A stretch of DNA of 59,185 nucleotides, filler included, from Squatina squatina (Eukaryota): NCBI GenBank assembly GCA_031763465.1. It is 3 parts of 3 records of this genome, joined end to end, with 100 filler letters (N's around TTAATTAATTAA, not from the genome) between each part and the next. Parts side by side here need not be neighbours in the genome. Positions count along the whole stretch, not along the records: positions 1 to 24,185 come from JARFOE010000007.1; 2 more parts are not named here. One strand, given 5' to 3'. The translations under genes were made by a program, and so were the position numbers. The stretch's first letter is position 1; every line of letters begins with the position of its first letter. The notes below the pieces were generated by a model. That model did not search any database. It saw nothing but the letters and a program-made list of their open reading frames with translations, and was not told the origin of the DNA. Below, piece after piece: positions 12,410 to 24,285 of the stretch.

Positions 12410-13165
12410 TAGCTGGCAAACAAACTATTAGTTAGATTTGCTTTAGCCTATTTACTCTCCACGAGCTTTTACACAGCAAGTTGCTGTAAATTTGAGCTAC
12501 AAAGGGCGCCTGGGGCACCTGGGACCTGTGTGGACAGGGCAAGCAACTGTGTCTCCTTAACCAATCAGATTGAAGAATTGTTAATGAACAGTACAGTCTG
12601 AACCAGAAAGTGAGAGTTGGAAAAGTGAATTCAATGCCAAATCATGTGCAGAAAGCAAAATAAAGAGAAGGAACTAAAGATCGGATTGCGAGAGAGAGAG
12701 AGAGAGAGAAAGAAAAGATACAAAGGAAAAGTTAAAAACAAAAAGTTGTTTAATTTAAAAGAAATCTCCAATAGCAATTAAAATCTGAAGAAATGAGACT
12801 TACAGAAGTTAATTTTCAGTGCTGGAGAGGTTGTTTGGCAGTAATTACAACTTACCACGGCGTAAAAAAAAAGGGTACTTAGACTGAAATGGACAAGCCC
12901 TAACTTTCTGTGGTGAGTTTAGCCTGTATCTACGATATTAGTACAGGAACCTCACGCTGTTCAATACATTTCAATGGGGAGTCAGGTGGCGAGATGTCGT
13001 TTTCGCGCAGCTTACGGAGGAGTAGCGCATCTCGGGTAACAACTTCCGGATTTCTGTATTTAACTGCGCATCTGCTCTTGTCTGATTGCTGTCCGATTTG
13101 CGCATTAATAACGGTGAGATCCGTTAGCCTCATTGTTATTTTGGTAGTAGGTTCCAACCCATTGT
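12410..13165 (+). repeat. Interspersed non-coding repeat (same family as 22010-22722, opposite strand)
   Basis: Blocks such as ccttaaccaatcagattg, aattcaatgccaaatca and aagggtacttagactgaaatg occur as reverse complements at 22010-22722. Confidence 0.75.
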
Positions 13166-13755
13166 TTCCATAACAATGTTTTGTGCACTGATATTTTGTT
13201 TGTGGAGAAGAGGCAAGCTGGAAGNNNNNNNNNNNNNNNNNNNNNNNNNNNNNNNNNNNNNNNNNNNNNNNNNNNNNNNNNNNNNNNNNNNNNNNNNNNN
13301 NNNNNNNNNNNNNNNNNNNNNNNNTATTTTTAAAAGAAAATTATTAATATTGGGATTGTTGGATTTGGTGATTTTGATGAAGAAAAGAACAGCTTTTTAA
13401 ATATTCTCTCTAGTCCTAAGTAGTCGTTTAAAATATTTGTATATGTTTCTGAAATGCAGTCAAACAGGGACCACTCTGAACATAATTGAAGGATTTTCAC
13501 AAAACTTAAGGAATTCAAATTGGAAGATGAGAATAAATGCAGAATGTGATGTTTTAGTGTGCTAATGTGTAATTATTGTTGCAGCTGTTTGGGGAGAAAT
13601 CAGTAATCATTTAGAAGTTAGGTTTTGGCTGGAAATGATGGTGTTTCCTGAAATGTAAGCAGCTGCAGAACCACTTCTGCCTTCTGTAGTACGACTAATT
13701 TAAATAAGTGCTGTTGTGATTTGTTTTTCCCCATTGTGCTTATGTTCTGTTGTAG

Positions 13756-13831
13756 GCAACTCCAGCAGCAACAACAAGCTGAGCTTGAAGTCGGTCCAAG
13801 AGAAGGTCTACCTTCCTATGACCCTTCCCAG
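13756..13831 (+). CDS. ARNT2: ARNT2 exon (about exon 13)
   Basis: tgtag acceptor and gtaacg donor, 76 nt. QLQQQQQAELEVGPREGLPSYDPSQ, which is ARNT2-type and in phase with the previous exon. Confidence 0.92.
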
Positions 13832-14048
13832 GTAACGCATACAAAGAAATTACATTCTCGCAAGCAATACTTCAAAGGTGCTCTAGCCCACGGCATGAGA
13901 TTGTATCTTTTTTCCTGAGGACACACAATTATACAATTAAAAAAATTTAATAAACAAAAAGGAAAACTTATCTGCTTGTTAGATCAAACCCTGTACTTCA
14001 CAAAGAATTGATGGTACAATAAGCTTCATGTCTCTGTTTATTTAAAAG

Positions 14049-14172
14049 GTCCCTGTTTCAACTGTATCTGCCGGTGTGCAAGAGCATGGGAAATCAGTAG
14101 ACAAAACTGACCCGCTGTTTTCTCAAGACAGGGACCCCAGGTTCACAGACATCTACACTGGTATTTCACCTG
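14049..14172 (+). CDS. ARNT2: ARNT2 exon (about exon 14)
   Basis: aaaag acceptor and gtgagt donor, 124 nt. VPVSTVSAGVQEHGKSVDKTDPLFSQDRDPRFTDIYTGISP. Confidence 0.9.
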
Positions 14173-15029
14173 GTGAGTTGAATTATGATCTTTGTGTCAG
14201 TGATAGCTGAAAATGTTTTAACAACCATAAATTTATAACTTAAGACTAGGACCAATTGCAGCTTAATTTTTATTTTGTTAAAATATTTAAGGTTGTATCT
14301 CCTTCCTTCCTTTCTTCCTCCCCTGTCCCTAACTTGATTTTATTTTTCTAAAGGAATACTCCTTCGAATGAGTTTTTTGAGAAGCATGCACAGCTAGTTT
14401 TCAAGATTTCAAACCTTAAAGCTGTGAAATCTGTTTTTTAAGTAGAACTTGGGTATTTGCAAAATATAGTTGTTGGAGATTGCAGCTTTAAATAATAGCT
14501 GTTCAATTTTCAAACAACTTCTTGGTATTTCTACAACTAGATCAATGAATTCCAGTCTGCCTTCAAATAAAGCAAAGGAAATGGCAATTAAAGAAGTGCT
14601 TGAGTTCATTGTAAGCTTGAAGAACAAAGAATGCAGTTTTTCAAAATATATTGCTGCTGCTGGAGCTGCAGTTTAACCCTGTCCATTTGTGTTACTTGCG
14701 AATTAGGATGGGCCATCTCCCAGTGGTGACCTCACAAATCACTGACAGCAGTTCCACAGCTGTTTGAGAATTCATGGAAAAACAGCACTAGGCTCTTGGG
14801 TCTTACGTTGTCTATGTTTCTGTATTTTCTTCTGCTATTGGCATTGTACATTTCAAATGGACAACTTAATGGCTGCTACTGCGGGAACAGAAGATGCACA
14901 AATCAGTCTTGAGCTGCTGCTGTACCATTTTTACATTGGCGTGAAGCAGTTTCAGAAAGTATCAGTACAGCTCGAGAGTCTGATTCCCAAGTATAGGAAA
15001 CCTGGAGGTATGAAAGAAAGGGCCGACAT

Positions 15030-15267
15030 TAAGATAGCGCCTGCTTATGTCCTCGGGATGTCTCAAGTGTTTCACAACCAACAAATTACTTTTGAATCGC
15101 AATCACTATTCTGTAGGTAAATGCACACAGCAAGGTTCCAGAAACAGTATAGGAGATAAATGATTAGTTAATCTGTTTTTTTCCTGGTGCCGTTAGATGA
15201 GGGAGGACTGTTGGATGACTGAAGAATTTCCTGCTGTGCTACAAATAGGTTGTTTTATATCCACTTG
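15030..15267 (-). mobile_element. Deu-domain SINE fragment
   Basis: Reverse complement of the SINE tail and central domain (tgcacacagcaaggttcc, ttacttttgaa). Confidence 0.6.
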
Positions 15268-15439
15268 NNNNNNNNNNNNNNNNNNNNNNNNNNNNNNNNN
15301 NNNNNNNNNNNNNNNNNNNNNNNNNNNNNNNNNNNNNNNNNNNNNNNNNNNNNNNNNNNNNNNNNNNGTTACATGAACTAAAGAGTCCATCAGCAACTGT
15401 GTCAATTCAGAAGGTGTCCTAATGATTTTTTATACACAG

Positions 15440-15539
15440 GTGAAAAGAAGACAATGTCGACAACATCAGCCGCTGGAAGCCAGCAGATCTACTCACAAGG
15501 TGGTTCATTCCAGCCTGGGCGAGCAGGACAAACATTCAG
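15440..15539 (+). CDS. ARNT2: ARNT2 exon (about exon 15)
   Basis: cacag acceptor and gtaaat donor, 100 nt. (G)EKKTMSTTSAAGSQQIYSQGGSFQPGRAGQTF, in phase with the previous exon. Confidence 0.9.
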
Positions 15540-17185
15540 GTAAATTTAAGAGCATCTCAGATACGTCACACGTTGTTTAAATTAAAGTAAGCAAATACAT
15601 TTGGGGCATGTCAGCTGTAGCCATTGAAATAATTCTTCCTTATTTGTTCATCTTTTACCGAAAAGCAGCAACTTCAGGAATCTCACGAGGGAAAAGTCAG
15701 CTTTGGGATATTGTTCCCTTAAGAAATTTGCATCTCGTGTGGTCTGGTGACATTTCCATTTTCCATTGTGTATGTTTGTGTTGCCATATGTTATGTGTAT
15801 TGTGTGTATATTGTAAAACACACTCTGTTTCTATATTTGCACAATTTTTGTACAATCAATTTAGCTGCTTTTGTGAATTTATTACTTTTTATAAGACGTT
15901 TGTATAGCTTTTTTTCTAACATCACCTTATTTATGCCAACTCACATGTTGGCCTAACTTGGCCGGTTCCCAGTTGAATCTACCTTGCAACTTTCATACCT
16001 GGCTGACCGACTTTTCCTATTGAACGAGAATGGTCTGTTCAGATCAGTAATGTGAAAACAGCAATGTTACTATGTGCAGACAGACTGAACATTTCGCTCA
16101 GTTATATGGGCTCAGCATTACCTGAGCATCTTGGGCCTGGTGATGTTAGCCCATTGAAAATTTTTCATAAAATTTCTCCCTCATTGAACTCCATTGTCTT
16201 CAGACATTGGATGCGCTGCTGATGGAGGGTCACAACATTATCATGCACACTGGGCATGGCACGCCTCTTGTCAGTCACAGTACCTCAGAACNNNNNNNNN
16301 NNNNNNNNNNNNNNNNNNNNNNNNNNNNNNNNNNNNNNNNNNNNNNNNNNNNNNNNNNNNNNNNNNNNNNNNNNNNNNNNNNNNNNNNNNNTGTTTAAAC
16401 AGATTTCAGTATTACATTAAAGAATCTTTTTGGAGTTATTAAAATACCATTGTCAAGTTAAAGTTTTCTTTGAGAAATCCATAAAGTCTAGCGAATGTTG
16501 AGTGTAACATGTTAAAGCTGTCGAGTGTTCAAGCTTCTGCTGGTTGCTTTAGATTAAAGGCTCTAATTTCTGTAGAAATTAAGTGCAGAGGTAAATAGTA
16601 AAAAATGTAGCTGTAAATAGTTGTATTAGAAGTGCAGTGAACTAGCTGTTTTAGAAAATATTCTGTATTTTCAGCGTTTTGTAAGTATTTTTGATGTAAT
16701 TTCATGTAATGTAGCATTCTAATTTCTGCTAAAGTGCTTTTATTTTTGTATACTGCAGTGCCATTTAATTAATATGTTTCATTTGAGGAAAAAAATTAGC
16801 CCCACTGTTAGATAAATATATTTATCAAGTCAGTATAGTTGTAAATGTGATTGTGCAGATAGGTTTTAGTATAGGGATATTTGAATAACTATTTCTTTAC
16901 AAATGTAGAGCTATTTTAATGAAACTATTTGCTGTGGACCAAGTATTAACATTGGGGTAAAATCCAACTTGAGCGAGGGTGGATTGGTTACTCATTGTTC
17001 ACTCTGCTCGACTCTCTCTTCCATCGACTTCAATAGAAAGGAAGTCGGTCAGGCGGGGGATATAGCGGGCGCATAACCAATTCGCNNNNNNNNNNNNNNN
17101 NNNNNNNNNNNNNNNNNNNNNNNNNNNNNNNNNNNNNNNNNNNNNNNNNNNNNNNNNNNNNNNNNNNNNNNNNNNNNNNNNNNNN

Positions 17186-17505
17186 GAGGGGCCAAATGGC
17201 TTACCCCTGCTCCTAGTTCTTATGTTCTTATGTTCTTATGTGTGTGACTAACTTGATTGAATTTTTTGTGGAGGTAACAAGGAGGGTTGATGAGGGTAGT
17301 GCATTTGATGTGGTCTATATGGATTTTAGCAAGTCTTTTGATAAGGTCCCACATGACAGACTGGTCACAGAAGTAAAAGCCCACAGGATCCAAGACAAAG
17401 TGGCAAGTTGAATCCAAAATTGACTCAGAGGCAGGAAGCAAAAGGTAATGGTCGATGGGTGTTTTTGTGACTGGAAGGCTGTTTTCAGTGGGGTTCCGCA
17501 GCGAG
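17186..17505 (+). mobile_element. CR1 LINE 3' tail plus RT fragment
   Basis: A (ttcttatg)n tail is followed by LTNLIEFF.EVT.RVDEGSA.DVVYMDFSK.FDKVPH...SGVPQ. Confidence 0.85.
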
Positions 17506-19219
17506 TTCAGTTCCAAACTTCTACCACCCTTCGTGTGTAGAAGTGTTTTCTAATTTCACTCCTGAAGAGTCTGGCTCTAATTTTTAGACTATGCCCCGCT
17601 GCAGAACAACGAGAGCAGCCAACGGGAGTGGACCTGGTTGGGGATGGAGCGGAGCCCGGGAGTATAAAGCGAGGAGGAGAGAGAGATNNNNNNNNNNNNN
17701 NNNNNNNNNNNNNNNNNNNNNNNNNNNNNNNNNNNNNNNNNNNNNNNNNNNNNNNNNNNNNNNNNNNNNNNNNNNNNNNNNNNNNNNTTTCTAGATATTA
17801 AAGGCGCCAAGGGATATGGGGATAGTGCAGGAAAATGACATTGAGGTAGAAGATTAGCCATGATCTTAATGAATGGTGGAGCAGGCATGAGGGGCTGAAT
17901 GGCCTACTTCTGCTCCTATTTCTTATGTTCTTATATAGTTCCTGGAATTGGCCAGGTTCAGAATGCTTTTCAGTCTAAGAGCCACAGCTGGCCTTAATAG
18001 CACCCCCATTAAGCCCCATTAGTGCCACCACTGAATTTTTTTGCAGGAACCTCAACCTGCCGCTAACAGACCCTTATTTCCAGCACCTGACGCTGGCAAC
18101 TTGGTGCTAACCAATTGGGATGACTCAGTGTTAGAGAGAGCTGTCACACTGGTGGATTTTCGGAAAGGCCTGCTTTAAAATGGTTCATAATACACCTGAA
18201 AGCCCAGACCCAAGTATTGCAGCTTTGACCGTAAGCGCATATACAGTGCACATCAGGTTAAAGCTAACAATTCATACTTACATGTAACTGTGCACCTGAT
18301 GCATGCATCTGTCAGTGCAATCTTATACATTATGTAGTGAATTATGCAAATCCTAAAATGCCCATCACAAACAGAATATATTTAAAAGCAGGACAAGGTG
18401 TGTACATGGTGGAACAGTCTGTTAGATAGTATAACAACGATGCAAGTGTTGATTTGATAACATGAAATTTTCCTGGTTTTTTGGGATAAAAGAGAAACTG
18501 CATAGAACGTGGCTTTTTATAATGTGGGGTAGACACATGAGGGCACATGTTGCAGGTATCGGCTGTACAAGAAGTGGGCTTAATGGCTCAAACGGCTTTC
18601 TCATTCCATGGTTATGTTCTTCACACAGATCACAAGTTGCATTTCTGTTGTACTTCACACAAGCAGGAAGATGGCATGGGCACATAATATTTGGGGTGAA
18701 TGATGATTGCAGTTGTACTGTTTGATGGATAAGGTGAGCGGCAATGGGTCTGATCATCTTGTCCTTTTAGACATTGAGGAGAAAAATTAATTTACTACAA
18801 TACAGTAGCTCACCATTCTTGTAAAGCTGTTTTAGGGTGCATGACAAGCTTGTCCAGTAAGACACATTTTTAAAGTAGATGTTTTTAATGTGAGCTAACT
18901 ATGGGAGCAGGAACTATAAATTGTATGTAGACCATTTGGTTAAAGGAATCAATATGTCAGGTCTGAATTCTGTTTGGTGTGAGGAAGCCTTTTAATTTTT
19001 AGCTGAGGGTCCAACAGTCTTGTGTTAGTCAAAAATTCATATAAAATGGAAAGGTGCCAAACATTTTAATTGGATACAGTTGGGGAATTGCAGATTCAGT
19101 CTCAAAGCTGTAAGTGTATNNNNNNNNNNNNNNNNNNNNNNNNNNNNNNNNNNNNNNNNNNNNNNNNNNNNNNNNNNNNNNNNNNNNNNNNNNNNNNNNN
19201 NNNNNNNNNNNNNNNNNNN

Positions 19220-20125
19220 AAAGTATTCCCTATGCCTTCTTAACCACCTTATCTACCTGCCCTGCTACCTTCAGAATTCTGTGGAGATGCACTCCAAGGT
19301 CCCTCTGTTCCTCTGCATTTCTCAGTATCCTACCATTTATTGTGTATTCTCTTGCCTTGTTAGCCCTCCCCAAATACATTACCTCACACTACTCCAGATT
19401 TATTTCCATTTACCACTTATCTGCCCACCTGAACAGTCCATTGATATCTTCCTGCAGTCTACAGCATTCTTCCTCACTATTAAACACACAGCCAATTTTT
19501 ATATCAGCTGCAAACTTCGTAATCAATCATTGGTATATACCACAAAAAGCAAGGGAGCTAGTACTGAGCCCTGCCAAACCCCATTGAAAACAGCCTTTCA
19601 GTGAAAAAACACCCATCGACCATTACCCTTTGCTTCCTGCCTCTGAGCCAATTTTGGATCCAACATGCCACTTTCCCTTGGATCCGTGGGCTTTTACTTT
19701 TCTGAGCAGTCTGTCATATGGGCTCTTGTCAAAAGCCTTGCTAATATCCATGTAGACTACATCAAATGCACTACCCTCATCGACCCTCCTTGTTACCTCC
19801 TCAAAAAATTCAATTATTATTCAGACATGACCTTCCCTTAACAAATCCATGNNNNNNNNNNTTTCTAAATTATGGTTAATACTGCCAGAATTTCTTCCAG
19901 TGATTTGCCCACCACCGAGGCTAGGCTGACTGGCCTTTAATTACTTTCTCCTTTCTCCTTTTTAAAAACGTTACAACTTTAGCAGTCCTCCAGCACCACG
20001 TCAGCAGCCAGAGAGGATTGGAAAGTCATGGTCAGAGCCTCGCTATTTCCCCCCTTGCTTCTCTTAACAGTCTGGGATACATTTCATCTGGGGCTGGTGA
20101 TTTATTTACTTTCAAAAGATGCTAA
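19220..20125 (-). mobile_element. CR1 LINE ORF2 RT region (degenerate)
   Basis: Reverse complement of the RT sequence seen at 17245-17505 (e.g. catcaaatgcactaccctcatc), extending through the downstream ORF2. Confidence 0.85.
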
Positions 20126-20777
20126 NNNNNNNNNNNNNNNNNNNNNNNNNNNNNNNNNNNNNNNNNNNNNNNNNNNNNNNNNNNNNNNNNNNNNNNNNNN
20201 NNNNNNNNNNNNNNNNNNNNNNNNNAGAATCCACATTCAAAGTACTGAAAAAAAAAACAAGATTTTCCTTGCCTGATTGAAAGACCTAAAGGAGAGCAAA
20301 ATGTAGTGATCAGTCATTGTATGGAGAGAAATGAAGGCTGTGTGCTGAGGATGTGCTATCTGAAAGAAATTAAAATCAATGCAAATAGAATAATCCAGGA
20401 AAGGAGTGATAGTATTGACTGTGTAGAGGTCATCATTAATATGAAGAGCAAGCATAGCTGGATAGAAGACAGAGCCTTGAGGAACCCCTCAGTTGAAGGA
20501 GAAAGTGTTCAATTCCAACACACTGATTTGAGAGGAAACTCATGTAGAGATCAGGTAAGGAGAGAGAGCTGGTCTTGACTGATTCTTCCCAGGGTTAAGA
20601 GAGAGCCAATATTCACTGCCTAATCTCTCACATGGAGAATTGAGACTGGCAGTGAGCAGAATCATATACCAGTGCCATCAGGAAAGGGGTGCATTCAGAA
20701 TTGCACTTTGAATAACTGCATTGTTTAGTAGTGTTTTATTTTATTCAAATACCTGAGACTTGTACATTTTCTTATAG

Positions 20778-20957
20778 GTATGGTGTTAGCCCAGAGAACA
20801 TCATTCTGTATGGCCAAAGCATTGGCACTGTCCCGACAGTAGATCTTGCATCACGCTATGAATGTGGAGCTGTTATCCTCCATTCTCCTCTTATGTCTGG
20901 CTTGCGTGTGGCATTTCCGGATACGAGGAAAACGTACTGTTTTGATGCATTTCCAAG
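20778..20957 (+). CDS. ABHD17C: ABHD17C (alpha/beta-hydrolase depalmitoylase) catalytic-serine exon
   Basis: tatag acceptor and gtaagt donor, 180 nt. [59 protein letters not shown], with the GQSIG nucleophile motif. Paralogue assigned from residues and position downstream of ARNT2. Confidence 0.9.
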
Positions 20958-22009
20958 GTAAGTGTAGTTGATGTTGACCTAAAGCACTAAAACTTATACA
21001 TTTGTGCAATTTACAACATTTATAACTATGAAAAGACTGAAAATTGGCACTTTCTTTTGTGAGCTAATGCAACTGANNNNNNNNNNNNNNNNNNNNNNNN
21101 NNNNNNNNNNNNNNNNNNNNNNNNNNNNNNNNNNNNNNNNNNNNNNNNNNNNNNNNNNNNNNNNNNNNNNNNNNNNNNNNNNNNNNNNNNNNNNNNNNNN
21201 NNNNNNNNNNNNNNNNNNNNNNNNNNNNNNNNNNNNNNNNNNNNNNNNNNNNNNNNNNNNNNNNNNNNNNNNNNNNNNNNNNNNNNNNNNNNNNNNNNNN
21301 NNNNNNNNNNNNNNNNNNNNNNNNNNNNNNNNNNNNNNNNNNNNNNNNNNNNNNNNNNNNNNNNNNNNNNNNNNNNNNNNNNNNNNNNNNNNNNNNNNNN
21401 NNNNNNNNNNNNNNNNNNNNNNNNNNNNNNNNNNNNNNNNNNNNNNNNNNNNNNNNNNNNNNNNNNNNNNNNNNNNNNNNNNNNNNNNNNNNNNNNNNNN
21501 NNNNNNNNNNNNNNNNNNNNNNNNNNNNNNNNNNNNNNNNNNNNNNNNNNNNNNNNNNNNNNNNNNNNNNNNNNNNNNNNNNNNNNNNNNNNNNNNNNNN
21601 NNNNNNNNNNNNNNNNNNNNNNNNNNNNNNNNNNNNNNNNNNNNNNNNNNNNNNNNNNNNNNNNNNNNNNNNNNNNNNNNNNNNNNNNNNNNNNNNNNNN
21701 NNNNNNNNNNNNNNNNNNNNNNNNNNNNNNNNNNNNNNNNNNNNNNNNNNNNNNNNNNNNNNNNNNNNNNNNNNNNNNNNNNNNNNNNNNNNNNNNNNNN
21801 NNNNNNNNNNNNNNNNNNNNNNNNNNNNNNNNNNNNNNNNNNNNNNNNNNNNNNNNNNNNNNNNNNNNNNNNNNNNNNNNNNNNNNNNNNNNNNNNNNNN
21901 NNNNNNNNNNNNNNNNNNNNNNNNNNNNNNNNNNNNNNNNNNNNNNNNNNNNNNNNNNNNNNNNNNNNNNNNNNNNNNNNNNNNNNNNNNNNNNNNNNNN
22001 NNNNNNNNN

Positions 22010-22722
22010 GAACGCTCACCATTATTAATGCACAATTTGCAAAGCAACTTCAGTCAACGGCACATTTGTGGTTCAGCATAGAAATCCAAAAGTTGCTTCC
22101 TTCCTTCTCAGTCCGTGCGCTGTTTATTTCTCAATCCTGCGAATCGATTGGTTAAGCTGTTGCTAGCCCAGTTCACTCAGGTCCCAGAGGCCCGGTTTCC
22201 CTTGCTGTGCCGTTAGATTCGCAAAAAAGACATCTCACTGTCTGCCTCACCATAGACATGTTCTGAGCTGCTGTATTTGCACAGCAGATGCGACAAACCT
22301 CTCCACAGAAAGTTAAGTCTTGTCATTTCAGTCTAAGTACCCTTTTAACGATGTGATAAGTGTTACTGACTGGCAATCAACCTCTCTGGAACTGAAAACT
22401 AACTATTACAAGTGTGGAATCTCATTCCTTCAGATTTTAATTGTTGTTGGACATTTTAAAAATTAAATATTTAAAATCATTTAAAAAAACTTTTCCTTTC
22501 TTTTTTTCCGCTCTCTCTTCATCGAATCTTTCTTTCCCTCTCTTTATTTCTCCTCTGTCCCTGATTTGGCATTGAATTGACTCGAAGTTGCACTTCCTTC
22601 TCAGTCCATGTGCTGTTCATTTCTCAATCCTGCAATCTGATTGGTTAAGGAGATAGGTTGTTGCTCGCCCAGTTCACTCAGGTCCCAGTGCCCCAGTTTC
22701 CCTCGCTGAGCCGTTATCAGCT
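22010..22722 (-). repeat. Interspersed repeat (family of 12410-13165) with internal ~125-nt duplication
   Basis: Reverse-complement similarity to 12410-13165. Direct repeats at about 22093-22215 and 22588-22717. Confidence 0.75.
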
Positions 22723-22822
22723 NNNNNNNNNNNNNNNNNNNNNNNNNNNNNNNNNNNNNNNNNNNNNNNNNNNNNNNNNNNNNNNNNNNNNNNNNNNNNN
22801 NNNNNNNNNNNNNNNNNNNNNN

Positions 22823-24185
22823 TGGTGGCAGTAGTTTCTAAGCCCCCAAGCAGCAGCTGTACCATTGGACAGAGTATTAATCAACAAATAATAAGAGCTT
22901 GTAACAAAGGTAATGCAATAATCATGGAGGCTTTTAATCTTCATATAGACTGGGCAAATCAAATTGGCAAAATTAGTCTGGAGGACGAGTTCATGGAATG
23001 CATTTGGGACAGTTTCCTAGAACAACACAGCATGAAACCAATTATGAAACAGGCTATTTTACATTGTATATTGTGTAATGAGAGAGAGTTAATTAATAAT
23101 CGCATTGTAAAGGATCCTCTCGAGATTAGTGACCATGATATGATAACATTTTACATTGAGTTTGAGAGTGAAATACTTCAGTAAGAAAGGAGAGTCTTGG
23201 GGGGTAAATTGTGAAGTGCCCCGTTTGGGGGTGGTAACAGCCGCGATGCAGGAGTGACTGCGCCAGGTGTGGAAGCAATGCCCCGTTCATGATATTGGGG
23301 TTACTGCTCCCAAGAGCAAGTGGAGCGCAAAATAACGCACTCCACTTGTTCTGTGGGGTGCGAGCGAGGCACAGCGCTATGCGTTGGGTCGTGTAGCACT
23401 GCCATGTAGAAGGGGCCCTCCTGTTCATTAAAGGGGAGGGCCAAGCTGCTGACTCTGCGGGTCCCTACCTGGAACACCAGGGAGCCTGGTATGTGCCCCC
23501 TGAAGCTGTTGCTGTCATCGCCCAGTGCAGTTTCAGGTGCCGCTCCTGAATTTTCTCGATGGGGTGAAAACATGTTGCAGCGCACGGTGATGACATCATC
23601 ATCACTAGCAGAGCAGGGTGCAACCAGTTACCGGCACCTCTAAACTCCCGTGGAATTTAGCGGGAGTCGTAAGTGGCACCACGCCTGGGCGAAAAGGCAT
23701 TTGCGCCCCATTAGCACCCCCTATATGTGTTAACGGGAGGTGCAAATTACCCCAATTTCTCCCGTTAAACTCTCTTAGAGAGCTAGCTCAGGTGGATTGG
23801 GAAATTAGATTAAAAGGTATCAGCAGATAAGCAATGATAAACATTTAAAAAAACATTACAAAATTCTCAATGAATGTACATTCCATTGAGAAATAAAAAC
23901 TCCATGGGAAGATTGATTCATCCATGGCTAATTAAAGAAGTTAAGGATAGTATTGGATTAAAAGATGAGGCTTAAAATGTTGTGAAGGATAATAATAAGC
24001 CTGAGGATTGGGAGTTTTAGAAACCTGCAAAGGATGACAAAAAAATTGATAAAAAGTAAAAAAACAAAGGAAGAGTAAACTTGCAAGAAATATAAAAAGA
24101 GAGTGTAAGAGCTTCTACAAGAGTGTAAAAAGGAAAAGAATAGCAAAAGTAAACCTTGGTCTCTTAGAGGCTGAGACAGATGAAA
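22823..24185 (+). mobile_element. CR1 LINE ORF2 endonuclease-region remnant, interrupted by a MITE
   Basis: IIMEAFNLHIDW...EFMECIWDSFLEQ...DPLEISDHDMI.F, resuming after the insert as ELAQVDWEIRLKG. Confidence 0.8.
23200..23764. mobile_element. Non-autonomous Harbinger-like DNA transposon (MITE) inserted in CR1
   Basis: GC-rich insert with ends GGGGGTAAATTG and CAATTTCTCCCG (9/12 complementary), flanked by TTG and TTA, consistent with a 3-bp TWA target duplication. Confidence 0.6.
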
Positions 24186-24285
24186 NNNNNNNNNNNNNNN
24201 NNNNNNNNNNNNNNNNNNNNNNNNNNNNNTTAATTAATTAANNNNNNNNNNNNNNNNNNNNNNNNNNNNNNNNNNNNNNNNNNNN
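24186..24285. other. Artificial scaffold-joining spacer N44-TTAATTAATTAA-N44
   Basis: A 12-mer with stops in all six frames at 24230-24241, centred in exactly 100 nt. An identical spacer lies at 45536-45635. Confidence 0.95.

Noticed and set aside
16392-16950. ARNT2 3' UTR
   Set aside because: Position and AT-richness are compatible, but the terminal coding exons are missing, so it cannot be supported.
20994-22155. Long ORFs of 327-383 aa in the track
   Set aside because: Composed almost entirely of N.
24230-24241. TTAATTAATTAA palindrome as a biological motif
   Set aside because: It sits inside symmetric N runs and is repeated identically at 45580, so it is an assembly linker.
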